A stretch of DNA of 23,266 bases from a virus, in UHGV virus genome UHGV-0108413; one strand, given 5' to 3'. How positions within the stretch are numbered: position 1 is the stretch's first letter; each line of letters starts with the position of its first letter. Made by a program: the position numbers and the translations under genes. The notes beneath the pieces are model-generated. The model saw nothing but the letters and a program-made list of their open reading frames with translations, was not told where the DNA came from and ran no database searches. Positions 15,439 through 23,266 of this stretch are shown here, piece after piece.

Positions 15439-15812
15439 TATTTGTAGAGTTCGACTCTCTACCGTGGGATTTTTTCCGCGATGCGAGCCATAAATGCTCT
15501 TTCCGTTGTGCTGAATTAAGCGAATGCCGGAAGCAGAACCGGATCACCAAATGCGTACAGGCGTCATCGCCGCCCAGCAACAGCACAACCCAAACTTAGC
15601 CGTAGCCACTGGCTATCCTGAACTCATCAGTGATAGTTATGCTGCGGCCTTCTACGCATGACCTTCGTGAAAGCGGGTGGCAAGAGGCTGCGCTAACAAC
15701 CTCCTGCCGTTTTGCCCGTGCATATCGGTCACGAACAAATCTGATTACTAAACACAGTAGCCTGGATTTGTTCTATCAGTAATCGACCTTATTCCTAATT
15801 AAATAGAGCAAA

Positions 15813-15828
15813 TCCCCTTATTGGGGGT
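15813..15828 (+). promoter_or_regulatory. sdi-like stem-loop upstream of the S dual start
   Basis: CCCC-TTATT-GGGG hairpin 5 nt before ATGAAGATG. Confidence 0.4.
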
Positions 15829-15833
15829 AAGAC

Positions 15834-16157
15834 ATGAAGATGCCAGAAAAACATGACCTGTTAGCCGCCATTCTCGCGGCAAAGGAACAAGGCATCGGGG
15901 CAATCCTTGCGTTTGCAATGGCGTACCTTCGCGGCAGATATAATGGCGGTGCGTTTACAAAAACAGTAATCGACGCAACGATGTGCGCCATTATCGCCTG
16001 GTTCATTCGTGACCTTCTCGACTTAGCCGGACTAAGTAGCAATCTCGCTTATATAACGAGCGTGTTCATCGGCTACATCGGTACTGACTCGATTGGTTCG
16101 CTTATCAAACGCTTCGCTGCTAAAAAAGCCGGAGTAGAAGATGGTGGAAATCAATAA
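15834..16157 (+). CDS. S: Holin S (class I, dual-start Met1-Lys2-Met3)
   Basis: 107 aa [34 protein letters not shown] with three transmembrane segments; near-identical to lambda S. Confidence 0.9.
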   Translation: MKMPEKHDLLAAILAAKEQGIGAILAFAMAYLRGRYNGGAFTKTVIDATMCAIIAWFIRDLLDLAGLSSNLAYITSVFIGYIGTDSIGSLIKRFAAKKAGVEDGGNQ

Positions 16158-16617
16158 TCAACGTAAGGCGTTCCTCGATATGCTGGCGTGGTCAGAGGGA
16201 ACTGATAACGGACGACAGAAAACCAGAAATCATGGTTATGACGTCATTGTAGGTGGAGAGCTATTCACTGATTACTCCGATCACCCTCGTAAACTTGTCA
16301 CGCTAAACCCAAAACTCAAATCAACAGCAGCCGGTCGCTATCAGCTTCTTTCCCGTTGGTGGGATTCCTATCGTAAGCAGCTTGGCCTGAAAGACTTCTC
16401 TCCGAAAAGCCAAGACGCTGTGGCATTGCAGCAGATTAAAGAGCGTGGCGCTTTACCGATGATTGATCGCGGTGATATCCGTCAGGCTATCGATCGTTGC
16501 AGCAATATCTGGGCTTCACTGCCGGGCGCTGGTTATGGTCAGTTCGAGCATAAGGCTGACAACCTGATTGCAAAATTCAAAGAAGCTGGCGGAACGGTCA
16601 GAGAGATTGAGGTATGA
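16141..16617 (+). CDS. R: Endolysin R (lytic transglycosylase)
   Basis: 158 aa [24 protein letters not shown]; near-identical to lambda R. Start overlaps the S 3' end. Confidence 0.9.
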   Translation: MVEINNQRKAFLDMLAWSEGTDNGRQKTRNHGYDVIVGGELFTDYSDHPRKLVTLNPKLKSTAAGRYQLLSRWWDSYRKQLGLKDFSPKSQDAVALQQIKERGALPMIDRGDIRQAIDRCSNIWASLPGAGYGQFEHKADNLIAKFKEAGGTVREIEV

Positions 16618-17051
16618 GCAGAGTCACCGCGATTATTTCCGCTCTGGTTATCTGCATCATCGTCTGTCTGTCATGGGCTGTTAATCATTACCGTGATAAC
16701 GCCATCGCCTACAAAGACCAGCGCGATAAAGCCACGTACATCATCGCTGACATGCAGAAGCGTCAACGTGATGTGGCTGAACTCGATGCCAGATATACAA
16801 AGGAACTTGCTGATGCTAACGCGACTATCGAAAGTCTCCGTGCTGATGTTTCTGCTGGGCGTAAGCGCCTGCAAGTCGCCGCCACCTGTGCAAAGTCAAC
16901 GACCGGAGCCAGCAGCATGGGCGATGGAGAAAGCCCAAGACTTACAGCAGATGCTGAACTCAATTATTACCGTCTCCGAAGTGGGATCGACAGGATAACC
17001 GCGCAGGTTAACTACCTGCAGGAGTACATCAGGACGCAATGCCTTCGATGA
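16614..17051 (+). CDS. Rz: Spanin inner-membrane subunit Rz (i-spanin)
   Basis: N-terminal transmembrane segment [26 protein letters not shown] followed by coiled-coil; ATGA-coupled to R. Confidence 0.85.
   Translation: MSRVTAIISALVICIIVCLSWAVNHYRDNAIAYKDQRDKATYIIADMQKRQRDVAELDARYTKELADANATIESLRADVSAGRKRLQVAATCAKSTTGASSMGDGESPRLTADAELNYYRLRSGIDRITAQVNYLQEYIRTQCLR
16813..16998 (+). CDS. Rz1: Spanin outer-membrane lipoprotein Rz1 (o-spanin), embedded in the +1 frame of Rz
   Basis: [20 protein letters not shown] lipobox, then a Pro-rich mature region ([16 protein letters not shown]), entirely within Rz. Confidence 0.7.
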   Translation: MLTRLSKVSVLMFLLGVSACKSPPPVQSQRPEPAAWAMEKAQDLQQMLNSIITVSEVGSTG

Positions 17052-17226
17052 TAGCGATAATTTTACTCATCATCCTTCACATCTGGCTCTGTAGACAGGG
17101 TGGTGATCACTTCTGGAGTGAATCCAGATTAAACATCTCATTGCTGATGCTTGATATTGAGCATCTGGCGCGCGGTAAGGGGCTGCGTTGAGATAAGAGC
17201 CAGTTCATTACAAATACCAGGATTTA

Positions 17227-17249
17227 GCCTCGCATTCGCGGGGCTTTTT
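17227..17249 (+). terminator. Putative intrinsic terminator downstream of Rz
   Basis: 7-bp stem GCCTCGC/GCGGGGC (one G-U pair) with a 4-nt loop, followed by TTTTT. Confidence 0.5.
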
Positions 17250-17393
17250 ATATCTGAATTTCACAGCGCATCTCACGCGCATATTAACGAGAGCCTTTCA
17301 GTAAGCGAGCCTGAGAAATGCCGTTATAGGTGGCGACCTCTCTCGGGCGGCTTTTCTGTGAGACAGGCTCACTTTCTAAAAGGTAAAGACGCT

Positions 17394-17891
17394 ATGAAAG
17401 CAATCACGCTTTTTAATACACCGATCCGTGTTGATGAATCAGGAATGATCTGCCTCACTGATATGTGGAAAGCCAGTGGTAAAAGTGAATCTGAATCGCC
17501 TTACCACTACCTGCGAAACAAGCAGACCAAAGAGTTCTTAGCCGAGCTGGAGAAAAACCACGAATCTGTGGTTTTTACTGAGCGCGGTGTACACGGTGGA
17601 ACATATGGCGGGAAGTTTGTTGCTTACGATTATGCGGCTTGGTTAAACCCCGGGTTCAAGTACGCGGCCTATAAAGTCCTCGATGACTACTTCACCGGAG
17701 AACTTCAGCATCGCAACAGCTTAAGTGCGCAGCTCAACATGAAATGTCATGAGTTTGACCAGAAGAAAGACATGGCGAGCTTCTGCGGACAAGGGCTGGC
17801 AGCATGGCGCTATACGAAGCCAGTGTTGGTCGCTGAGATTAACTCCCTGGCTAACCAGCTGCAGATTACGATCCCCGGGCTTCCGGGATGA
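17394..17891 (+). CDS. KilA-N domain protein
   Basis: Start at the internal ATG 17394 (AAAGG SD). N-terminus MKAITLFNTPIRVDESGMICLTDMWKASGK is typical of the KilA-N/APSES-like DNA-binding domain. Confidence 0.65.
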   Translation: MKAITLFNTPIRVDESGMICLTDMWKASGKSESESPYHYLRNKQTKEFLAELEKNHESVVFTERGVHGGTYGGKFVAYDYAAWLNPGFKYAAYKVLDDYFTGELQHRNSLSAQLNMKCHEFDQKKDMASFCGQGLAAWRYTKPVLVAEINSLANQLQITIPGLPG

Positions 17892-18151
17892 GTGATCGTG
17901 TTATTGAATGCGCCTCCAGAGCGGGGCGCGACTTCTCAGAGTTCATGAAAGGCGAGAAGGGCATGATGGAAGCATTGGCCTCGGTGGATGAGTTTGGCGA
18001 GCAGCTGCGCCTCAACGGCTGTGTCAATCATCACTTTGTTAGCTACATGATGCGGAACTCGATCATGCAGGCATTCATGGACATGGCAAAAGCCGAGAGG
18101 AAAGAAGAGCGCCGGCGTAAGCTAGCGGAAGCAAAAGCAAAAGTGAAGTAG
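17888..18151 (+). CDS. Hypothetical protein (87 aa) with a basic coiled C-terminus
   Basis: ATGA-coupled to the KilA-N gene. Confidence 0.5.
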   Translation: MSDRVIECASRAGRDFSEFMKGEKGMMEALASVDEFGEQLRLNGCVNHHFVSYMMRNSIMQAFMDMAKAERKEERRRKLAEAKAKVK

Positions 18152-18446
18152 CCATTACAAAGCCCATTTACGGGTGGGCTTGATAATGAAACCGGAATTT
18201 ATTCTGGGCCACCAGTTAACGGCAGTACAGCGAAACAACCCAAGCCAGTAAGTGGGGAAATAACACTGGCAGCCACTGAAAGATGAACCTCCTGCCTTAT
18301 GGCAAAAAAGATTCTTTGTGGTGGCGGACTGATGGAAAGACATCGGTTATTGCAGAGGCCATTCAATGAGTGGTCTCGACAATGGCTTATACCCTGCACG
18401 GGATAACTTAACTGATATCCCTTTTAACGGATAAACGGAGCCAACA

Positions 18447-18944
18447 ATGGCAAAGCTCACAGACAAACAAGAGCTGTTTTCCCATCCGGATGATGTGTAT
18501 GTCGGAGAGTGTGTGATTTATACCGGCTACATAAATAAGCGAGGGTATGGGCAGAAGCACATTTCACGAAAGCCGCACTACGCACATCGAATCGCATACT
18601 GCGAAGCTAACGGAATTTCGCTAGATAGCATCAAGGACCTGGTTGTTAGGCATAAATGCGATAATCCATCATGCGTGAATCCTGACCATCTGATTATAGG
18701 TACTGTCGCTGACAATAATCGTGACAGGTCAAGGCGAGGCAGAAACTCATACCCTGACCGTTCAGGTGAAAAGAACGGAATGGCGAAATTAAAAGAGTGC
18801 GATGTCATCTGCATTCGCCGCGAGTATGTGCGCGGGAGTGTAGGTAATGGGCTTAGGTCTTTAGCAAAGAGATATGGCGTATCCACTACCATGATTGCTG
18901 ACATCGTTAATCATAGAAATTGGAGCAATGTTTCGGAGGTGTGA
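18447..18944 (+). CDS. HNH endonuclease
   Basis: HNH core HRIAYCEANG...HKCDNPSCVNPDHL...NNRDR. GGAG SD upstream. Stop lies 1 nt before the TerS start. Confidence 0.8.
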   Translation: MAKLTDKQELFSHPDDVYVGECVIYTGYINKRGYGQKHISRKPHYAHRIAYCEANGISLDSIKDLVVRHKCDNPSCVNPDHLIIGTVADNNRDRSRRGRNSYPDRSGEKNGMAKLKECDVICIRREYVRGSVGNGLRSLAKRYGVSTTMIADIVNHRNWSNVSEV

Positions 18945-18945
18945 T

Positions 18946-19500
18946 TTGAAACAGCTCACACCTAAGCAGGAACTGTTCTGCAGGGAATATTTAAAAGATT
19001 TAAACGCCACTCAGGCAGCTATCAGGGCGGGTTACAGCGAGAAAACTGCTCGCGCCACTGGTAGCGAGAACCTGTCAAAACCTGACATAGCAGATCGCAT
19101 TGCTGAGCTAAAGGCTGAACGCAATGAAGAGGTAGGTATAGACGCTGCCTATGTATTGCGACGGCTGACTGAAATCGATCAGATGGACGTGCTGGATATC
19201 CTGCTTGCCAATGGCGAACTGAAGCCGATTAAAGACTGGCCTAAGGTGTGGCGTACAACGCTATCAGGAATGGATGTCGTCGAGATGGCATCAGCAGATA
19301 GTGCTGCTCTCCTGAAGAAAATCAAATGGCCTGATAAGGTTAAAAACCTTGAGTTGCTCGGGCGTCATGTTTCTGTTCAGGCGTTTAAAGACAATGTCAA
19401 AAATGAAGTGACTGGTGCTGACGGAGGACCAGTCAGAACAGAAATTACCAACTTAACGCCGGAGCAGGCTGCAGAAGCGTATAAAAAAATGATGGGCTAA
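18946..19500 (+). CDS. Terminase small subunit
   Basis: TTG at 18946 with GGAGG 6 nt upstream; the in-frame ATG at 18928 is an alternative. [28 protein letters not shown] is typical of small-terminase N-terminal HTH domains. Confidence 0.7.
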   Translation: MKQLTPKQELFCREYLKDLNATQAAIRAGYSEKTARATGSENLSKPDIADRIAELKAERNEEVGIDAAYVLRRLTEIDQMDVLDILLANGELKPIKDWPKVWRTTLSGMDVVEMASADSAALLKKIKWPDKVKNLELLGRHVSVQAFKDNVKNEVTGADGGPVRTEITNLTPEQAAEAYKKMMG

Positions 19501-19502
19501 GT

Positions 19503-21125
19503 ATGCCGTTACCATTTCCCTTCGATTTTAAACATCCTGATTACCAGATGGTTTTTGAATGGCGGATGGAACGCTTACAGCGCATTCGCCAGAACCCTGA
19601 AATATTGCCAGCACTAAAACAGTTTTACCGAACCAACCCGGCTCAGTTCATCATCGACTGGGGCATGACAACGGACCCGCGTAATATTGATTATGGCCTG
19701 CCGGTGACCATTCCGTTTTTACTCTTCCCTAAGCAGGAGGAGTGGATCCACTGGATTATGGAACGCTGGGGCAATCGGGAGAATGGTATTACCGAAAAAT
19801 CCCGTGAAATGGGGCTCAGTTGGACCGCGATCGGACTGGCCTGCTCGCTTTGTCTCTTCAACAAAGAAATGGTTATCGGTTTCGGCTCCCGTAAAGAGGA
19901 ATACGTCGACAGCACTGGTGACCCGAAAGCATTGTTCTGGAAGGCACGCAAGTTCGTGGAAACGCTACCTGTAGAGTTTCGCGGTTCGTGGAGTGAGAAG
20001 AAGCACGCGCCATATATGCGTGTTGAGTTTCCTGAAACTGGTGCCGTTATCAAAGGCGAGGCTGGCGATAATATTGGTCGTGGTGACCGTACCACGCTTT
20101 ATCTGGTTGATGAGGCTGCATTCCTTCAGCGTCCTCTGCTGATTGATGCGGCGTTGTCACAAACGACGCGTTGCCGTATCGACCTGAGTTCAGTTAACGG
20201 CATGGCTAACCCGTTCGCTCAGAAGCGTCATGGCGGGAAGATACCGGTATTCACATTCCACTGGCGGGATGATCCTCGCAAGGATGAAGAGTGGTATCGC
20301 AGGGAATGCGAGAAAATCGATAATCCGGTGGTGGTGGCACAGGAACTTGATCTGAACTACAGCGCATCAGCGGAAGGCGTCCTGATTCCATCCGAATGGG
20401 TACAGGCTGCTGTCGACGCGCATATCAAGCTGGGCATCCAGCCAACAGGCAAGCGACTGGGCGCGATGGACGTCGCCGACGAAGGCCGGGACAAAAACGC
20501 CTTTTCGACCCGTCACGGCTTCCTCCTGGAGAACGTGCGGGAATGGTCCGGTGTGGGCAGCGACATTTATCAGTCCGTCGAGAAGGTTTTCGGCTTTTGC
20601 GAACAGGACAACCTCGAAGAGTTTCGCTTTGACGAGGACGGGCTGGGCGCTGGCGTTCGCGGCGATGCACGCGCTATCAACGAACTGCGTAACGCTGCGC
20701 GCCGACCGTCAATACTCGCCACACCGTTTCGAGGTAGTGGCGCGGTATTTGATCCGGATGATGAAGCTGTTCGCGGGGACAACGGGCAAGCCGCACGTCT
20801 GAACAAGGACTTCTTCGCTAACGCCAAAGCCCAGAGCTGGTGGCGGTTACGTAAACTTTTTCAGAATACCTGGCGCGCCGTGGTTGAAGGTATGGATTAC
20901 AACCCGGACGAAATCATCTCAATCAGCAGTAGCATGGCACTCAAAGATAAACTCATCATCGAGCTTTCGCAGCCGACCTATTCCATTAATGGTGTGGGAA
21001 AAATCGTTATTGATAAACAGCCTGATGGAACCCGGTCGCCAAACCTTGCCGACTCGGTGATGATCAGCTACGCGCCAATGAATTCAGCCCTGAACATCTG
21101 GGAGCTGCTAGGGAGACAGGCCTGA
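19503..21125 (+). CDS. Terminase large subunit
   Basis: 540 aa between TerS and portal. ATPase-like region [14 protein letters not shown] and acidic nuclease-like motifs ([11 protein letters not shown]). Confidence 0.85.
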   Translation: MPLPFPFDFKHPDYQMVFEWRMERLQRIRQNPEILPALKQFYRTNPAQFIIDWGMTTDPRNIDYGLPVTIPFLLFPKQEEWIHWIMERWGNRENGITEKSREMGLSWTAIGLACSLCLFNKEMVIGFGSRKEEYVDSTGDPKALFWKARKFVETLPVEFRGSWSEKKHAPYMRVEFPETGAVIKGEAGDNIGRGDRTTLYLVDEAAFLQRPLLIDAALSQTTRCRIDLSSVNGMANPFAQKRHGGKIPVFTFHWRDDPRKDEEWYRRECEKIDNPVVVAQELDLNYSASAEGVLIPSEWVQAAVDAHIKLGIQPTGKRLGAMDVADEGRDKNAFSTRHGFLLENVREWSGVGSDIYQSVEKVFGFCEQDNLEEFRFDEDGLGAGVRGDARAINELRNAARRPSILATPFRGSGAVFDPDDEAVRGDNGQAARLNKDFFANAKAQSWWRLRKLFQNTWRAVVEGMDYNPDEIISISSSMALKDKLIIELSQPTYSINGVGKIVIDKQPDGTRSPNLADSVMISYAPMNSALNIWELLGRQA

Positions 21126-22591
21126 TGGCACGAAACAAACAAGCCCTGCGGAGAACTGCGCAGGCCACCGCTGATGGCTATGAGAACTTTGTCGCCCGCG
21201 TGGGGATGCAGACGCCTAACCAGCACTCAGCATCGACCTACCGGGCGAACTTCACCAGCCGCAACCGCATGCTGGTGGAATGGTCATATCGCGGATCGTG
21301 GGTTATCGGCGAAGCGGTCGACGCTATCCCGGATGATATGACCCGCAAAGGCATTCGCATCACTTCGGAAATTGATGCAAAAGATCGCGGCATTCTCGAA
21401 TCACAACTGGATGAGTTGCAAATCTGGGATGCGCTGAACGACGTGCTGAAATGGTCGCGTCTCTACGGCGGCGCGGTGGGTTTCATCATGATTGAGGGGC
21501 AGGCACCAATGACCCCGCTGCGGCTCGAAACCATTGGAGAAGGCAAGTTTAAGGGCATTCTCCCGCTCGACCGCTGGATGATCAACCCGGTCCTGACCCG
21601 CCGCATTAAAGAGATGGGGCCAGATCTCGGCAAACCTGAGTTTTACGACGTGGTGACCACTGCAACGGGCATCCCGGCCTGGCGCATCCATCACAGCCGC
21701 CTGATTCGCTTCGATGGCGTCACGCTGCCATTCCAGCAGAAGATGACCGAGAACGAATGGGGAATGTCGGTTGTAGAGCGAATCTGGGATCGGCTTACTG
21801 CGTTCGACAGCGCCACTGTCGGCGCGGCGCAGCTGGTCTACAAAGCGCATTTGCGTACCTACAGCGTGGAGAAGCTACGCGAGCTTATCGCACTTGGTGG
21901 TCCTGCGTATGAAGCGTTGCTGAAGAATATCGACCTGATTCGACAGTTCCAAAGTAATGAAGGCATGACGCTCATGGACTCGCGGGATAAGTTTGAAACC
22001 CATCAGTACAGCTTCAGTGGTCTGGATGACATCCTTTCGCAGTTTGCAGAACAGATTAGTGGCGCTGTTGGTATCCCACTGGTGAGGTTGTTCGGACAGT
22101 CCCCGAAAGGATTTTCTACCGGTGATGCAGACCTTGCCAACTATTACGACCGGGTGAGCTCATTGCAGGAGCGCCGCTTACGGCTGCCGATGCGCCGGAT
22201 ACTGGACATTATGCACCGCTCGGAACTCGGTAAGCCGCTGCCGGACGATTTCACGTTTGAGTTTAACCCGCTATGGCAAATGTCTGACGTTGACCGCTCA
22301 ACGGTGGCCGTAAACACCACCAACGCGATCAGCACCGCGCTGGGCGACGGATTGATGACGCGTAAGGCGGCGATGACCGACCTGCGAGAAAACTCTGACG
22401 TCACCGGCATCGGGGCATCCATTACCGACGAGGACATAGAGAATGCCGAAGACGAAGCGCCGCCAGGCATCGGCGAACTTGGCGACAAACCGCCAGAGTC
22501 GCCAGGCGGAGATCCGATATCGAACGAGCCTACGGCAGATAGCGCGGGCGGTCGGGGATATCGTAAATGGGCGCTACGATGGTTCAAATGA
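21125..22591 (+). CDS. Portal protein
   Basis: 488 aa; TGATG-coupled to TerL and followed by the head morphogenesis gene. Confidence 0.8.
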   Translation: MARNKQALRRTAQATADGYENFVARVGMQTPNQHSASTYRANFTSRNRMLVEWSYRGSWVIGEAVDAIPDDMTRKGIRITSEIDAKDRGILESQLDELQIWDALNDVLKWSRLYGGAVGFIMIEGQAPMTPLRLETIGEGKFKGILPLDRWMINPVLTRRIKEMGPDLGKPEFYDVVTTATGIPAWRIHHSRLIRFDGVTLPFQQKMTENEWGMSVVERIWDRLTAFDSATVGAAQLVYKAHLRTYSVEKLRELIALGGPAYEALLKNIDLIRQFQSNEGMTLMDSRDKFETHQYSFSGLDDILSQFAEQISGAVGIPLVRLFGQSPKGFSTGDADLANYYDRVSSLQERRLRLPMRRILDIMHRSELGKPLPDDFTFEFNPLWQMSDVDRSTVAVNTTNAISTALGDGLMTRKAAMTDLRENSDVTGIGASITDEDIENAEDEAPPGIGELGDKPPESPGGDPISNEPTADSAGGRGYRKWALRWFK

Positions 22592-23216
22592 TAGCGTTAC
22601 CGAAATAATGGATGCGCTGGAGCGCTACAGCGAAATCATCACCCCCTGGGCGACGAAGGTAGCTGAGAACTTCACCGCAGACATAGCGCGCCAGAATGAA
22701 AAGCAGTGGCGTCAACACAGCCGGAACATCAGTGCAGAGCTGCGCAACATGGTTGACCGCGCCCCGGTAGGCCAGGTGATGAAATCCATCGTCGCCGAGC
22801 AAATTAAGTACATCAAGTCACTGCCTCTTGAGGCCGCCGATCGGGTGTATGACATTCAGAACAAGGCCATCGAGGCCGTTGTGTCTGGTGGCCGCGCTGA
22901 ACCATTCGCGAAAGAGATAGCAGCGTCCGGTGACGTGTCACTCTCACGAGCGAACCTTATCGCCCGTACCGAGCTTGGACGTGCAACCGGCGCGCTGGAT
23001 CAGGCGCGTGCGCTGTCAATCGGCTCGAATGGTTATATCTGGCGTACAGCCGAAGATGGCGACGTCCGGCATTCTCATCGGGAGATGGAAGGTAAGTTTG
23101 TCGAATGGGGCAAACCTCCAACGCTTGATGGCATGACCGGTCACGCTGGCGAGCTCCCGAATTGTCGCTGTTATAAAGAAATCGTTTTTCCCAACCCTCA
23201 TTCTTATCTCGCCTGA
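22443..23216 (+). CDS. Head morphogenesis protein (Mu F / SPP1 gp7-like)
   Basis: C-terminal region LIARTELGRATGALDQARALSIGSNGYIWRTAEDGDVRHSHREMEGKFVEW is typical of the Mu F-like domain. The ATG at 22443 has a GAGGA SD but overlaps the portal gene by 149 nt; ATG 22608 is an alternative. Confidence 0.65.
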   Translation: MPKTKRRQASANLATNRQSRQAEIRYRTSLRQIARAVGDIVNGRYDGSNDSVTEIMDALERYSEIITPWATKVAENFTADIARQNEKQWRQHSRNISAELRNMVDRAPVGQVMKSIVAEQIKYIKSLPLEAADRVYDIQNKAIEAVVSGGRAEPFAKEIAASGDVSLSRANLIARTELGRATGALDQARALSIGSNGYIWRTAEDGDVRHSHREMEGKFVEWGKPPTLDGMTGHAGELPNCRCYKEIVFPNPHSYLA

Positions 23217-23230
23217 ATCGCAGGTAAACC

Positions 23231-23266
23231 ATGAAATATTTTTTCAATACCCGGCTGGGGGAAACC
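23231..23266 (+). CDS. Start of the next gene (5' fragment, MKYFFNTRLGET...)
   Basis: ATG at 23231 with an open frame to the window end; only 12 codons visible. Confidence 0.3.
   Translation, partial: MKYFFNTRLGET

Larger units (their letters stand above)
1..23266. mobile_element. Lambdoid prophage/phage segment: early-left, immunity, replication, nin, Q, lysis and head-packaging modules in canonical order; both ends run off the window
   Basis: Gene order and recognisable lambda-like proteins (N, cIII, cII, O, NinB, RusA, Q, S, R, Rz) plus nut sites, ori iterons and PR'. Tight ATGA/TGATG gene coupling throughout. Confidence 0.85.

Noticed and set aside
15445-15469. Possible tRNA gene (perfect T-arm TAGAG-TTCGACT-CTCTA plus acceptor-like CCGTGGG)
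   Set aside because: No complementary 5' acceptor strand and no foldable anticodon or D arms within 70 to 90 nt upstream, and no CCA. It is at best a 3' tRNA fragment, so it is not called as a tRNA.
15034-15586. Three overlapping minus-strand ORFs (69, 108 and 73 aa) in the Q-S intergenic region
   Set aside because: Antisense to late transcription, mutually overlapping in different frames, no ribosome-binding sites, and Arg/Cys/His/Trp-rich compositions typical of random frames.
18160-18181. Hairpin AGCCCA-N8-TGGGCT after the 87-aa gene as a terminator
   Set aside because: No T-run follows it, so it is not called as a terminator; it may be a minor RNA structure.
1-23266. Integrase, attachment sites, IS elements or transposase
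   Set aside because: No recombinase-like ORF and no terminal inverted repeats were seen; the prophage ends are evidently outside this window.

Overview
This window is a contiguous segment of a lambdoid (lambda/P22-mosaic) prophage or phage genome, read by eye without any database search. Leftward early operon (minus strand, 1..7021): N antiterminator with nutL and pL, a start-less membrane ORF, cIII, a Kil-like small protein, a Rad52-like annealase, SSB, a DnaQ-like exonuclease, an Ea22-like protein and a DUF551-like protein. Immunity region (7368..8760): a cI-like S24 repressor, divergent cro, nutR and cII. Replication (8793..10486): O with in-gene ori iterons, and a DnaC/IstB-like loader instead of lambda P. 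nin region (10847..14723): ninB, a Dam-like N6-adenine methyltransferase, ninE, ninF, a Rha antirepressor, a YbcO-like protein, rusA, ninH and lambda-type Q. Late region (14766..23266): PR'/qut with a close tR', about 1 kb of non-coding DNA, lambda S/R/Rz/Rz1, then a non-lambda packaging module (KilA-N protein, HNH endonuclease, TerS, TerL, portal, Mu-F-like head protein). No rRNA, CRISPR array, transposase or integrase is visible, and no tRNA could be supported. I did not find a single clear novel system; the most unusual loci are the about 0.6 kb ORF-free block between tR' and S flanked by a 16-bp direct repeat, the AT-rich membrane ORF lacking an ATG/GTG start next to N, the SSB with a 15-residue extension past DDDIPF, and the cargo genes between Rz and the HNH/terminase genes. 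Coordinates of starts chosen by RBS inspection are stated per feature; product names rest on recalled family motifs and need confirmation by homology search.
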